From Bacteroidota bacterium (GTDB taxonomy: Bacteria > Bacteroidota > Bacteroidia > Bacteroidales > JAHJDW01): a stretch of DNA of 64,000 bases. The stretch covers positions 4,001-68,000 of the forward strand of contig JAZDMK010000325.1 in the NCBI GenBank assembly GCA_043800975.1, in the 5' to 3' direction. A program made the translations under genes and the position numbers. Below the pieces are notes generated by a model, which was not told where the DNA came from, made no database searches, and saw nothing but the letters and a program-made list of their open reading frames with translations. Positions 40,807 through 50,930 of the stretch are shown piece after piece; position 1 is the first letter of the stretch, and each line of letters starts with the position of its first letter.

Positions 40807-41847
40807 ATGGAATCCAAAGGTTTAATAAAAAACTTAATAAGATTAGCACTATATACTTCTCCGGTTATTGGTGTTCTCATAGTTATTCCAATTTTTATCC
40901 GCCTGACTCTTCCATTCAGTTTTTTTCTTCAGGCGTTTGCATTTTCATTCTCAATTTTAATATTAATCTGGTCTGTAAATATCTTTTTGGTATATACCAG
41001 CGAAAAAAAACAGTACACTCATTTTATAAAAAGATTCCGGTACTTTCTAAGTTTTGTAATAATTATTGCCATTACTAGCTTGATCGTGCTGTTCGTAAAA
41101 TCGTTTCTCCCTTTTTTACCGGAAGCACCTGAACCGGGGATGCCTAAACCTCCCGAAGACCCTGTCTTTGCACCCATAATACTGTGTTTTTTTATTAATA
41201 CAATTGTTTTAATAATTCAAGAAATTGTACTTTTAAAAAACAAAAAAACAAGCGTTGAACTCGAAAACGCTCAGCTTAAGATAAAGAATACGGAAGCATA
41301 CTATCAACAGTTAAAACAACAAATTCATCCGCATTTTTTGTTTAATTCGTTAAACATTTTAAAAACACTCATAAAGAAAAACCCGGAACTTGCAGAAAGT
41401 TACCTGGTAAAATTATCTGATTTTTTAAGAGTTTCCATTTCCTCTGGAAATACGAATACCGTTAGACTAGAAGAAGAAATAAAATTATGTGTTGATTTTC
41501 TCGAGATGCAAAAAATAAGATTTGGAGATTCTTTAAATTATTCAATCTACATTCCTGAAATTATGCACATCGGTTTTGTTCCTGTTTTTTCAATTCAGAT
41601 ATTAATCGAAAATGCAATAAAACATAACTCCCTGACTACTGAATCTCCTTTACAAATTGATATTTGTTATCAAAATGGGGCACTCACTGTTTGTAACAAT
41701 CTTCAAAATAAATTAACATCCGACACCTCAACAGGCATGGGTCTTGCAAACTTATCAGAAAGGTATAAAATACTTTCGGGCAACGATATCGTTATTCAAA
41801 AAACCAACCACAAATTTTGTGTCGAAATTAAAATTCTTTCCCAATGA
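40807..41847 (+). CDS. LytS-type sensor histidine kinase (His_kinase PF06580-like)
   Basis: Multi-TM N-terminus, HPHFLFNSLN H-box, NAIKHN. Confidence 0.85.
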   Translation: MESKGLIKNLIRLALYTSPVIGVLIVIPIFIRLTLPFSFFLQAFAFSFSILILIWSVNIFLVYTSEKKQYTHFIKRFRYFLSFVIIIAITSLIVLFVKSFLPFLPEAPEPGMPKPPEDPVFAPIILCFFINTIVLIIQEIVLLKNKKTSVELENAQLKIKNTEAYYQQLKQQIHPHFLFNSLNILKTLIKKNPELAESYLVKLSDFLRVSISSGNTNTVRLEEEIKLCVDFLEMQKIRFGDSLNYSIYIPEIMHIGFVPVFSIQILIENAIKHNSLTTESPLQIDICYQNGALTVCNNLQNKLTSDTSTGMGLANLSERYKILSGNDIVIQKTNHKFCVEIKILSQ

Positions 41848-42608
41848 AAATTGTTATCATCGAAGATGAGGAACTCACAGCAACCGATCTTGCTGAAACA
41901 ATTTATAAAGTTGCACCCGAGGTGCAGATAATTTCGGTTATTAAATCTGTGAAGGAAGCAATCGCTTTTTTCAGGAAAAACACAATACTTCCCGATCTTG
42001 TTTTCAGCGATATTCAGCTTGGAGATGGATTAAGTTTTGAAATTTTCAATAAAATTCAGTGTTCTTTCCCTGTCATCTTTTGCACTGCATTTGATGAATA
42101 TGCTTTAAAAGCCTTTAATGCAAATGGTATTGATTACATATTAAAACCTTTTTCAGAAAAATCGATTTCGGATGCTTTGAGTAAGTTTAAAAAGCTTAAA
42201 CAGAATTTTTCAAGAGAGAATGTTCAATATGATCGCATCTTAGAGTTGATTGAAAAGCAAAAAGGGCAGAAACATACATCTGTTTTGGTTTATCATAAAG
42301 ATAAAATTCTGCCTGTCAGGCTAAGTAATGTTGCGGTTTTCTTTATAGAAAATGAAATTACACATCTTCTTACTTTTGACAATGTAAAGCATTCAATAAA
42401 CAAAACGCTGGAAGAACTTGAAAAAATTACAGACAATGATTTTTTCAGGGCCAATCGTCAATACCTCGTACACCGAAAAGCAGTGAAAGAGGCGTCTCAG
42501 TATTTTGCACGCAAACTTTCAATATCCCTTCTAATCCCTTTTAAAGAAACGATAACCGTAAGCAAAGAAAAATCGACCGAGTTTTTAAATTGGTTGTCTG
42601 CAAACTAA
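41844..42608 (+). CDS. LytTR-family response regulator
   Basis: Receiver domain (MKIVIIEDE, VFSDIQLGDG, KPF) and a LytTR-like C-terminal domain. ATGA overlap with the kinase gene. Confidence 0.85.
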   Translation: MKIVIIEDEELTATDLAETIYKVAPEVQIISVIKSVKEAIAFFRKNTILPDLVFSDIQLGDGLSFEIFNKIQCSFPVIFCTAFDEYALKAFNANGIDYILKPFSEKSISDALSKFKKLKQNFSRENVQYDRILELIEKQKGQKHTSVLVYHKDKILPVRLSNVAVFFIENEITHLLTFDNVKHSINKTLEELEKITDNDFFRANRQYLVHRKAVKEASQYFARKLSISLLIPFKETITVSKEKSTEFLNWLSAN

Positions 42609-42616
42609 TTTCTTGT

Positions 42617-42643
42617 TTTTCAAACCTGATTTTGTCCGTTTCA
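42617..42643 (+). promoter_or_regulatory. LytTR-box-like site: TTTGTCCGTTTCA with a degenerate TTTTCA half-site 21 bp upstream
   Basis: Full site at 42631-42643, 67 nt before the ATG at 42710. Confidence 0.45.
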
Positions 42644-42709
42644 GGATTATTTTCCAGTTTCATGTTTTAAAATATTTTGATTTTTGCTCAAACTATTAGA
42701 ATGCAAATT

Positions 42710-44413
42710 ATGAAAAATATCCTTTTTGTTTTTATTGCTTTAATAGCAGCCTGTTCTGCAACTGCCCAACAGTGGGGTTTATATACTCTGTATGCTCCTA
42801 CAAATGGCACACAAACGTATTTAATTGATACAGCTGGAACAACGTACAAAACCTGGTCACACAGTTCTTCAAAAAAAACGGGTTTTTCAGTTTATCTGGC
42901 TCAAGGTGACACGCTCGTAAGAACTGTTGCATATTCAAGCAATCAGCTTAGCGGTGTTGCAGCATTAACTGGCGAGATTCAGAAAGTATTATGGAATGGA
43001 ACGATTGTCTGGGATTATGTTCACTCTTCTTCAACCTATTGTTTGCATCACGACATTTGCCCTATGCCAAATGGAAATGTTCTTATGATTGCATATGAGA
43101 CAAAAACGGGAGCTGAAGCTGTTCAGGCAGGTTGTTCCAGCAGTACAGTTATCTGGCCTGAAAAAATTATCGAAGTGAAACCAACCGGAGCAACAACCGG
43201 TACGATTGTTTGGGAATGGCATTTGTGGGATCACCTTTGCCAGACTCACGATGCAACAAAAGATAATTATGTATCATCCATTATTGATAATCCACAATTA
43301 ATGAATATCAATTACAACCCTACAAAAGACTGGTGGCATATGAATGGTATTGATTATAATCCGACCCTGGATCAGATTGCAGTTACATCCCGAGCCATGA
43401 ATGAGTTTTTTATTATTGATCACAGTACTACAACTGCAGAAGCCGCTGGTCATACAGGAGGTAACGGAGGCAGAGGTGGCGATTTCCTTTACAGATGGGG
43501 CAACCCTGAATCGTATGGTGCAACAGGAACAGCAAATTACGATGTAGTGCATTATCCAACCTGGATTGGTTCTGACAATCCCAATTACCCGAATCACATT
43601 TGTACATTCAACAACAACGGAGGAGCCGGAGGGAAGTCATGTGTTGATGTTATTCTGCCACCATACAACGGTTATAATTATTCATACACACCCGGTCAGG
43701 TTATACCTCCGTCAACCTATGCATACAGGCATACAAGCACATATAACACACCAATGAATGGTTCAGCGCAGGCATTACCCAATGGTAATTTCATGAATCT
43801 TATTTGTTCTTCAAACTATTTATATGAAATAAATTCCTCGGGTACCACCCTTTGGTCAAAAACAGTAAGTGGCCAACCTTCAAATGCTGTGAGGTACTCC
43901 AAATGTTATGTGCGTGGCCTAACAGCATCAGCAAGCGCTTCCTCAACTATTGTTTCTGCCGGATCACCGGTTGATCTGTATTCCTCCGTAATCTCACCTA
44001 CCGAAGCCAGTCCCACTTATACTTATGTCTGGTCATCCGGAGATAATACGCAAAACGCTACAGTTTATCCAGCTGGTAACACAACTTACATTGTTACAAT
44101 AACGAATACTGCAATTGGTTGCTCCGATACAGCTTCGGTTACAATTCAGGTTACTACTGGTTTTAGTAACGCAGATTATTCTAATCCTTATACAATATAT
44201 CCTAATCCTACTACCGGCATTTTAAACATTGGGGAAGAAATTCCGGAGAAGGATTTTACAGTAACGCTAACAAATCAATTAGGTAAAATTCTGCTAAAGG
44301 AAAAAAATTCAAAATCGCTTAACCTTTCATCCTTGAATGATGGTATCTATTTTCTTTCTGTGCAAACAGAAATGAAAACGTATAAAACATATAAAGTAAT
44401 TTTAGCAAAGTAG
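42710..44413 (+). CDS. Arylsulfotransferase (ASST)-like beta-propeller protein with T9SS type A sorting domain
   Basis: Start at MKNILFVFIALIAACSATAQ. CLHHDICPMPNGNVLMIAYE is typical of ASST-like proteins. C-terminus YTIYPNPTTGILNI...GIYFLSVQ. Confidence 0.65.
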   Translation: MKNILFVFIALIAACSATAQQWGLYTLYAPTNGTQTYLIDTAGTTYKTWSHSSSKKTGFSVYLAQGDTLVRTVAYSSNQLSGVAALTGEIQKVLWNGTIVWDYVHSSSTYCLHHDICPMPNGNVLMIAYETKTGAEAVQAGCSSSTVIWPEKIIEVKPTGATTGTIVWEWHLWDHLCQTHDATKDNYVSSIIDNPQLMNINYNPTKDWWHMNGIDYNPTLDQIAVTSRAMNEFFIIDHSTTTAEAAGHTGGNGGRGGDFLYRWGNPESYGATGTANYDVVHYPTWIGSDNPNYPNHICTFNNNGGAGGKSCVDVILPPYNGYNYSYTPGQVIPPSTYAYRHTSTYNTPMNGSAQALPNGNFMNLICSSNYLYEINSSGTTLWSKTVSGQPSNAVRYSKCYVRGLTASASASSTIVSAGSPVDLYSSVISPTEASPTYTYVWSSGDNTQNATVYPAGNTTYIVTITNTAIGCSDTASVTIQVTTGFSNADYSNPYTIYPNPTTGILNIGEEIPEKDFTVTLTNQLGKILLKEKNSKSLNLSSLNDGIYFLSVQTEMKTYKTYKVILAK

Positions 44414-44440
44414 TAGTTTTCTATTTGTTTTCGATTATTT

Positions 44441-44470
44441 CTCCCCGTATTTAAATGCGGGGAGTTTTTT
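44441..44470 (+). terminator. Rho-independent terminator
   Basis: CTCCCCG-N10-CGGGGAG followed by TTTTTT. Confidence 0.8.
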
Positions 44471-44494
44471 CTTTATTGCAGCAGATCAATATTT

Positions 44495-44521
44495 GTTTCA
44501 CCCTGTATTTTGTCCGTTTCA
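44495..44521 (+). promoter_or_regulatory. LytTR-box-like site: GTTTCA half-site plus TTTGTCCGTTTCA 21 bp downstream
   Basis: Full site at 44509-44521, 63 nt before the ATG at 44584. Confidence 0.45.
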
Positions 44522-44583
44522 ATAACCTTCACAGTAGAAATTAACGGATCAATTAAGAATTTTGCAGTGATTATTTTTATAAC

Positions 44584-47343
44584 ATGAAAAAACTGTTGCT
44601 AGTTCTTCTGGTGTTGATTTTGGTAATTGGGAATTTGTTTTCACAAAACACCAATAACCCGGTAATAAAAATCAATGAATATTTTAATAATGTCCCGCTT
44701 GATTCTGTTTTTAGGGTCTATAAACACAAATATGGGATCAAAGTAAAATACGATTCCTTGTATTGCTCTCAGTTGCGATTCACCTACTATTTCTCAAATA
44801 CCGAAATAGAGTCTGCCATGCTTATTACAGTTACTGGAGGAAATTATTCTGCAACACCTTTCAACCTGACGTATAATTTAGATAACGGGGTGTACTATAT
44901 TTTAAAGAAATCATCAGGCACTTACACAGAAAATAAAAGTGCCATATCAGCTTTTGAAAATAAATACACAACTCCATTCAATGGCCCCCCCAAAACATTC
45001 AACTTTACTCTTTCCGGAATATTAAGAGATGGTGCATCTGGCGAAGCGCTTCCTTTTGGAACTATTGCTGTTGTTGGAGCTTCAAATGGAACAACCTGCA
45101 ATGCGGAGGGCTATTTTACACTAAATAAAGTCCCGTCGGATACCGCTACACTTGTTGTTTCATACATTGGATATGGTAATACACAAATTCATCTGAGTCC
45201 CAATATCCAGAAAAATAATTTTGTTCTTGAAATTGTTCCTCAGATAAAATCCATTAGCGGGGTTACGGTTTCTGCTGAAAAGGAAGGAATGATGAATTAT
45301 TCCCGAAATGATCCGGGTGTAATTAAAATGACACCCCGTAAACTGGAACAACTTCCAAGTATGGGAGAAAAAGATATCATGCGCTCTTTCCAGCTTATGC
45401 CGGGCGTTTCAGCCAGCAGTGAATCCTCTTCAGGTATGTATATTCGTGGTGGCACACCCGATCAGAACTTAATTCTTTACGATGGATTTACAGTTTATCA
45501 GGTTGATCATCTGTATGGTTTCTTCAGTGCATTTAATTCTAATGCTGTGAAAGATGTTCAGCTATACAAAGGTGGCTTTGAATCCCGTTTTGGTGGTCGG
45601 TTGTCAAGCGTTATGGAAATTACAGGTAAGGATGGCAACCAGAAGAGTTTTAACATTGGTGGTGATTTAAGTTTGTTAAGTGCGAATGTTTTTACTGAAT
45701 TTCCTATTGGTAATAAGATAACTTTTCTGGGCGCTTTCCGACGTTCATACAAAGGTCCTATTTACAATAAGATTTTTAAGAAGTTTAACAGTGATCAAAA
45801 AACTGCTACAGAAACACCAGGCTCAGGTCCGGGTGGAGCCAGTTTTGCAACTAAAATCACATCCTATTTTTATGATATGAATGCAAAAATGACGTATAGA
45901 CCTACTGATAAAGATGTCATTTCGCTTAGTTTTTTTAATGGAACAGATAAACTGGACAACAGCTTTAAAATGGAAACCCCTAGTTTTATGGCTGCGCAGG
46001 GAATACAGTTTGACATGAGTAATACCGACCTTACACAATACGGAAATTTAGGTGTTGCAGCAAAGTGGTCAAAAAAGTGGTCGCCCAAATTGTTCGGGAA
46101 TTTTTTACTCGGATATTCACACTATTACAGCACACGTGATCACACTATGCAAAACACGATGGTCAACAGCAATAACGAAGAAACAACTTTTAATCAGGGG
46201 ACACTTGAAAACAATGATCTGAACGATTTGTCAATGAAATACGACTTCCGCTGGGATGCCGGAAAAAAGAATCAAATAGAGTTCGGAATTTTCTCAACTC
46301 ATTATGACATCGCTTACACATACAGTCAGAATGATACTTCTACTATTCTTGATAGAAATGAAAAAGCTTTTCTTTCGGGTGCATATGTGCAGGACAGAAT
46401 TAAATTATGGAATGATAAAATTCAACTCCTGCCAGGTGTGCGTATGAGTCAGTATTCTGTTACTTCCAAAATATATTTTGAGCCTCGTGTTCAGGCTGTT
46501 TTTAACTTATCCCGAAAATTTTCTCTGAAAGCTAATTATGGTTATTACTATCAGTTTGCCAATCGCGTGTTACGCGAAGATATTCTCTCCGGTAGTCGTG
46601 ACTTTTGGATACTCTCCAATGGGGATGAAATTCCGGTAAGCAAAGCCCAGCATTACATTGCGGGTGCTTCATTTAATACCGATATGTTTTTATTCAGTGC
46701 CGAAGCCTATTATAAAAAGTTAGAAGGCCTTACAGAATACACCCTCCGGATAAACCCCAATCCTTTTAATATAGATTACAATGAAAATTTTTATAATGGA
46801 AACGGCTATTCAAAAGGTGTTGAATTGATGGTGCAAAAGAAATCAGGTCGTTTTAATGGCTGGATGAGTTACACGCTGGGTGAAAGCCGAAATCATTTTG
46901 CAGTTTATTCAAACGATTATTTCCCCGCATATCAGGATGTAACGCATGAATTCAAAAGTGTAAACATTTATGAATGGAAGCGCTGGCAGTTTGCATTAAC
47001 TTGGATTTATGCAACAGGGCGTCCATATTCAGCTCCCGCAGGGGCTTACAATGTTAATCTTCTGGATGGAAGTACCGAAAACTATTTTACAATTACTTCA
47101 AAAAACAGTTTGCGCTTACCCGATTATCACAGACTTGATCTTGCTGCCAACTTTAAACTTATGGGAGGTATTGATGCCGATCGTCGTGAAATCGGTTATA
47201 TTGGATTCTCCATCATGAATGTTTATTCAAGAAAAAATGTCTGGTACAAACAGTTTGACATTGTCGATAACCAGATTGTTGAAACAAATATCAATTATCT
47301 GGGCTTTACTCCCAATATAACTTTATCATTAAAATTACGATAG
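44584..47343 (+). CDS. TonB-dependent receptor (CarboxypepD_reg-like N-domain, plug, barrel)
   Basis: Plug motifs DIMRSFQLMPGV, IRGGTPDQNLILYDG, YKGGFESRFGGRLSSV. 919 aa, ending SLKLR. Confidence 0.85.
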   Translation: MKKLLLVLLVLILVIGNLFSQNTNNPVIKINEYFNNVPLDSVFRVYKHKYGIKVKYDSLYCSQLRFTYYFSNTEIESAMLITVTGGNYSATPFNLTYNLDNGVYYILKKSSGTYTENKSAISAFENKYTTPFNGPPKTFNFTLSGILRDGASGEALPFGTIAVVGASNGTTCNAEGYFTLNKVPSDTATLVVSYIGYGNTQIHLSPNIQKNNFVLEIVPQIKSISGVTVSAEKEGMMNYSRNDPGVIKMTPRKLEQLPSMGEKDIMRSFQLMPGVSASSESSSGMYIRGGTPDQNLILYDGFTVYQVDHLYGFFSAFNSNAVKDVQLYKGGFESRFGGRLSSVMEITGKDGNQKSFNIGGDLSLLSANVFTEFPIGNKITFLGAFRRSYKGPIYNKIFKKFNSDQKTATETPGSGPGGASFATKITSYFYDMNAKMTYRPTDKDVISLSFFNGTDKLDNSFKMETPSFMAAQGIQFDMSNTDLTQYGNLGVAAKWSKKWSPKLFGNFLLGYSHYYSTRDHTMQNTMVNSNNEETTFNQGTLENNDLNDLSMKYDFRWDAGKKNQIEFGIFSTHYDIAYTYSQNDTSTILDRNEKAFLSGAYVQDRIKLWNDKIQLLPGVRMSQYSVTSKIYFEPRVQAVFNLSRKFSLKANYGYYYQFANRVLREDILSGSRDFWILSNGDEIPVSKAQHYIAGASFNTDMFLFSAEAYYKKLEGLTEYTLRINPNPFNIDYNENFYNGNGYSKGVELMVQKKSGRFNGWMSYTLGESRNHFAVYSNDYFPAYQDVTHEFKSVNIYEWKRWQFALTWIYATGRPYSAPAGAYNVNLLDGSTENYFTITSKNSLRLPDYHRLDLAANFKLMGGIDADRREIGYIGFSIMNVYSRKNVWYKQFDIVDNQIVETNINYLGFTPNITLSLKLR

Positions 47344-47345
47344 CT

Positions 47346-48158
47346 ATGAAAAAAATACCGTTCCTACTATTCGTTTTATTTTCTTGTTGTATTTTTATTT
47401 CCTGCGATAAAAATGCTACAAATCCTGCTTTTGAAGATATTCCGGTCGTTGAGGGGTATCTCTTTGAAGGAGGTTTTGTGAAAGTAAAAATCAGCCGTCA
47501 GGTTCCCTATTCATCAGAGGCTACATATTCAGAAGATGATATCAACAATTTACTTGTTTCAGTTTTAAAAAATCAGCAAAGTTTTACGCTTGCATCTTCT
47601 GGTAACGGACTTTATTTAGATAGTACATTGAACGTTCAATTTGGAAATACCTATGAAATGCATTTTATTTTCAATGGAAAAGAAGTTATCGCAAACACAA
47701 CCATTCCAACAAAGCCTGTCGGGTATACCCAATCTGTTACTGAAATAGTCATTGAGCCGATGGATACAAACAGCATGGGTCCACCAAGTATGCCCGATCC
47801 GGTTGAATTAAACTGGACAAACAATGATGCCTCTTATTATCTTGTGGTAGTTGAGAACAAGGAGCAAAATCCGGTTCTCATTAATGAATTGGGTGATGAT
47901 GAAGATGTACCTTCCCGGGTTTTTCGTAATCAGCCTACACAATTAAATACTTCAAAAGTTCAATCCAGAAATTTTAAATACTATGGTATGCATCGCTTGA
48001 TCTTGTATCATATTCATGCCGATTATGCAGCTTTATACGATGTCTCAAATACAAGTTCTCAAAATCTCAGCAACCCTTCTTCAGACATAACGAATGCTTA
48101 TGGCATTTTCACGGGTCTTAATTCAGATACCCTCTATATTAATGTGAAAAGCCAATAG
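47346..48158 (+). CDS. DUF4249-like lipoprotein, partner of the TonB-dependent receptor
   Basis: Lipobox FISCDK. Starts 2 nt after the receptor stop. Paralogous in size and arrangement to 50931..51767. Confidence 0.55.
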   Translation: MKKIPFLLFVLFSCCIFISCDKNATNPAFEDIPVVEGYLFEGGFVKVKISRQVPYSSEATYSEDDINNLLVSVLKNQQSFTLASSGNGLYLDSTLNVQFGNTYEMHFIFNGKEVIANTTIPTKPVGYTQSVTEIVIEPMDTNSMGPPSMPDPVELNWTNNDASYYLVVVENKEQNPVLINELGDDEDVPSRVFRNQPTQLNTSKVQSRNFKYYGMHRLILYHIHADYAALYDVSNTSSQNLSNPSSDITNAYGIFTGLNSDTLYINVKSQ

Positions 48159-48209
48159 TGGATACAACCTTTAATTCTTTTAAGTTTTGAATATATTAAA
48201 ACTTCAAAA

Positions 48210-48470
48210 ATGGAAACGGAATTCAACGATATTTTGCAAAAACTGTTCAATCAGGAAATAACTCCTGATCAGGCTCAAAAACTGGTATTGGTTCTTTTTG
48301 TTAAAAATATTTCTCATCCACCTAATGAATTTATCGCTTTATACAAATACCGCTTTGAAGTAATCGAATCAAAATACATAGAGTGCTTGTTACGTTTGAA
48401 ACGGGAATATATTGAGGGATTTAATGAAGGCAAATCTTCTGTAATGAAACTTCAGCAAAATCCCGGATAA
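48210..48470 (+). CDS. Small hypothetical protein (86 aa)
   Basis: ORF only. Confidence 0.35.
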   Translation: METEFNDILQKLFNQEITPDQAQKLVLVLFVKNISHPPNEFIALYKYRFEVIESKYIECLLRLKREYIEGFNEGKSSVMKLQQNPG

Positions 48471-48509
48471 TCTCTATCGTATATTATATTTTAATTTCGA
48501 ATTCCCTTC

Positions 48510-48534
48510 CTTCACCCTTCGCTTTGTCCGCTTC
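48510..48534 (+). promoter_or_regulatory. LytTR-box-like site (variant TTTGTCCGCTTCA with a TTCA half-site 21 bp upstream)
   Basis: Full site at 48522-48534, 65 nt before the ATG at 48599. Confidence 0.4.
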
Positions 48535-48598
48535 ACTGATATTTCAGACAGACATCATTTAATTCATTCTGATTTTTGTAAAAAAATTTACAATCAGA

Positions 48599-50926
48599 AT
48601 GAAAAAATTTGTTGGAATTTTCGTTTGCATAATATGCCTTACTGCATTTTCTGCTCAGGCGCAAAAAAAATTTACAATAAGCGGATATGTAAAAGATGCA
48701 AATACAGGGGAGGCACTGATCGGTGCTTCGATTATTATAAAAGAGCTTGCTGCTACTGGTACTAGTACAAACGCATATGGCTTCTATTCAATTACAATTT
48801 CTGAAGGTAAGTATACTGTTTCTTCTCAGTTTATCGGTTATGAAACAACATCAGTACAGATCGTATTAAAACAAAACACCAGACAGGAGTTTATCCTTAT
48901 CGAAAAAGCAAGTTCCCTTACAGAAGTTATTATCTCTGGAGAAAAGAAAGAAGAGAATATTACAAATATTCAGATGGGGGTTGAAAAACTTAATGTAAAA
49001 GAAATTCAAAACATTCCGGTTTTAATGGGAGAGAAAGATATTGTAAAAATTGTTCAATTATTACCCGGTGTTAAATCAGCAGGTGAAGGTAATAGTGGAT
49101 TTTATGTTCGTGGTGGTGGTGCTGATCAGAATTTAATTCTCCTTGATGAAGCAACTGTATATAATGCCTCTCATTTAATGGGATTTTTCTCTGTTTTTAA
49201 TTCGGATGCCGTAAAAGATTTAACAGTCTATAAAGGAGGGCAGCCTGCTGAATACGGTGGTCGGCTTTCTTCTGTTTTGGATATAAAAATGAATGATGGT
49301 AATGATAAAAAATACCACGTTAGTGGTGGTATTGGTTTAATCTCATCCCGGCTTAATCTGGAAGGGCCAATAGTTAAGCAAAAAGGGTCTTTTGCAATTT
49401 CTGCCAGAAGAACATATGCAGATCTTTTCCTCAAACTCTCGAACGACAGTTCTATCAGATCCGCTAAGTTGTTCTTCTATGATATGAATGCTAAAGCGAA
49501 TTACAAATTCAATGATAAAAACAGAATTTTTTTATCAGGATATTTCGGGAATGATGTTTTGGGTATGGGCAATACAATGGGTATAAACTGGGGGAACGCA
49601 ACCGGTACTTTTAGATGGAACCATTTGTTTTCTGACAGGCTTTTTTCAAACACTTCTTTAATATTTAGTAATTACACTTATAAAATTAACGTTGATATAG
49701 GTGGCAATAAAATGGATCTGATTTCCCGTATTCAGGATTATAATGTTAAACAGGATTATCAGTATTTCGTGAGTACGAAAAGTAAAATTAAATTCGGATT
49801 CAATTCAATATATCATAAAACAATTCCAGGAGAAGCCACAGCTGAAAGTAATTCCTCAATAAGTGAACTGAATCTGAATAATAAATTTGCATGGGAAAAT
49901 GCAATTTATGTTTCACATGAGTATAAACCCCTTCAAAATTTTAATTTAGAATATGGTTTGCGCTTGTCTTCATTCAGTATACTGGGGCCTGGAGACTTTT
50001 ATACATACAATGCACAAGGTGAGACTATAGATACTACAACCTACAATTCAGGTGTTTTTTTAAAAACATACTACAATCTCGAGCCTCGTGTTTCGGCAAA
50101 CTATATCATCAATAATAAAAATTCAGTTAAATTTTCCTATGGGAGAAATACACAGAATCTTCATCTGCTCTCAAATTCCACATCGGGAAGTCCCACAGAT
50201 GTATGGATTCCCAGCAGTAAAATTGTAAAACCTGAAATTTCAGATCAGGTTTCTTTGGGTTATTTCAGAAATTTCAAGGAAAACACATATGAGTTTTCAA
50301 CAGAAGTATATTATAAAAACCTCCAAAATCAGATTGATTATAAAGACGGGGCAGAAACAATGTTTAATAATAAAGTTGAATCGCAACTCCTTTTCGGTGT
50401 TGGAAGAGCTTATGGTGTAGAATTCTTTTTGAAAAAGAAATATGGCCGTTTTAATGGATGGATTGGTTACACATTGTCCCGCTCCGAAAAGAAAATTAAC
50501 GAAATCAACAATGGAGAATACTATACGGCAAAGCAGGACAGAACTCATGATATTGCCATTGTTGGAATTTATGAACTGACAAAAAAACTGACGGTTTCCG
50601 CCTCATGGGTTTACTATACAGGAAATGCTGTGACTTTTCCCAGTGGTAAGTATGAAGTTGCAGGGCAGGTTCTTAACTATTATACTGAACGCAATGGATA
50701 TCGTATGCCCGATTACCACCGTCTGGACATTGGTGTTACATGGCAACGTAAGAAAACAGAAAAATTTGAATCCAGTTGGAACTTCTCTTTATACAATGCC
50801 TACGGGCGTGAAAATGCATATTCTATTACTTTCCAACAGGACCCCATTGATCCAACAAAAACACAGGCAGTTCAAACAACATTGTTTCAATGGGTTCCTT
50901 CATTTACCTACAACTTTAAATTCTAA
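48599..50926 (+). CDS. TonB-dependent receptor (paralogue of 44584..47343)
   Basis: Same domain order. Motifs DIVKIVQLLPGV, VRGGGADQNLILLDE, YKGGQPAEYGGRLSSV. Confidence 0.85.
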   Translation: MKKFVGIFVCIICLTAFSAQAQKKFTISGYVKDANTGEALIGASIIIKELAATGTSTNAYGFYSITISEGKYTVSSQFIGYETTSVQIVLKQNTRQEFILIEKASSLTEVIISGEKKEENITNIQMGVEKLNVKEIQNIPVLMGEKDIVKIVQLLPGVKSAGEGNSGFYVRGGGADQNLILLDEATVYNASHLMGFFSVFNSDAVKDLTVYKGGQPAEYGGRLSSVLDIKMNDGNDKKYHVSGGIGLISSRLNLEGPIVKQKGSFAISARRTYADLFLKLSNDSSIRSAKLFFYDMNAKANYKFNDKNRIFLSGYFGNDVLGMGNTMGINWGNATGTFRWNHLFSDRLFSNTSLIFSNYTYKINVDIGGNKMDLISRIQDYNVKQDYQYFVSTKSKIKFGFNSIYHKTIPGEATAESNSSISELNLNNKFAWENAIYVSHEYKPLQNFNLEYGLRLSSFSILGPGDFYTYNAQGETIDTTTYNSGVFLKTYYNLEPRVSANYIINNKNSVKFSYGRNTQNLHLLSNSTSGSPTDVWIPSSKIVKPEISDQVSLGYFRNFKENTYEFSTEVYYKNLQNQIDYKDGAETMFNNKVESQLLFGVGRAYGVEFFLKKKYGRFNGWIGYTLSRSEKKINEINNGEYYTAKQDRTHDIAIVGIYELTKKLTVSASWVYYTGNAVTFPSGKYEVAGQVLNYYTERNGYRMPDYHRLDIGVTWQRKKTEKFESSWNFSLYNAYGRENAYSITFQQDPIDPTKTQAVQTTLFQWVPSFTYNFKF

Positions 50927-50930
50927 TCCT

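Noticed and set aside
50643-50930. Upstream extensions of track ORFs (50643, 17418, 19635, 42677, 61501, 16163) as true starts.
   Set aside because: The extensions overlap the preceding gene or a conserved regulatory module. In each case an internal ATG is followed immediately by a typical signal peptide or lipobox, or a TM segment for 16196.
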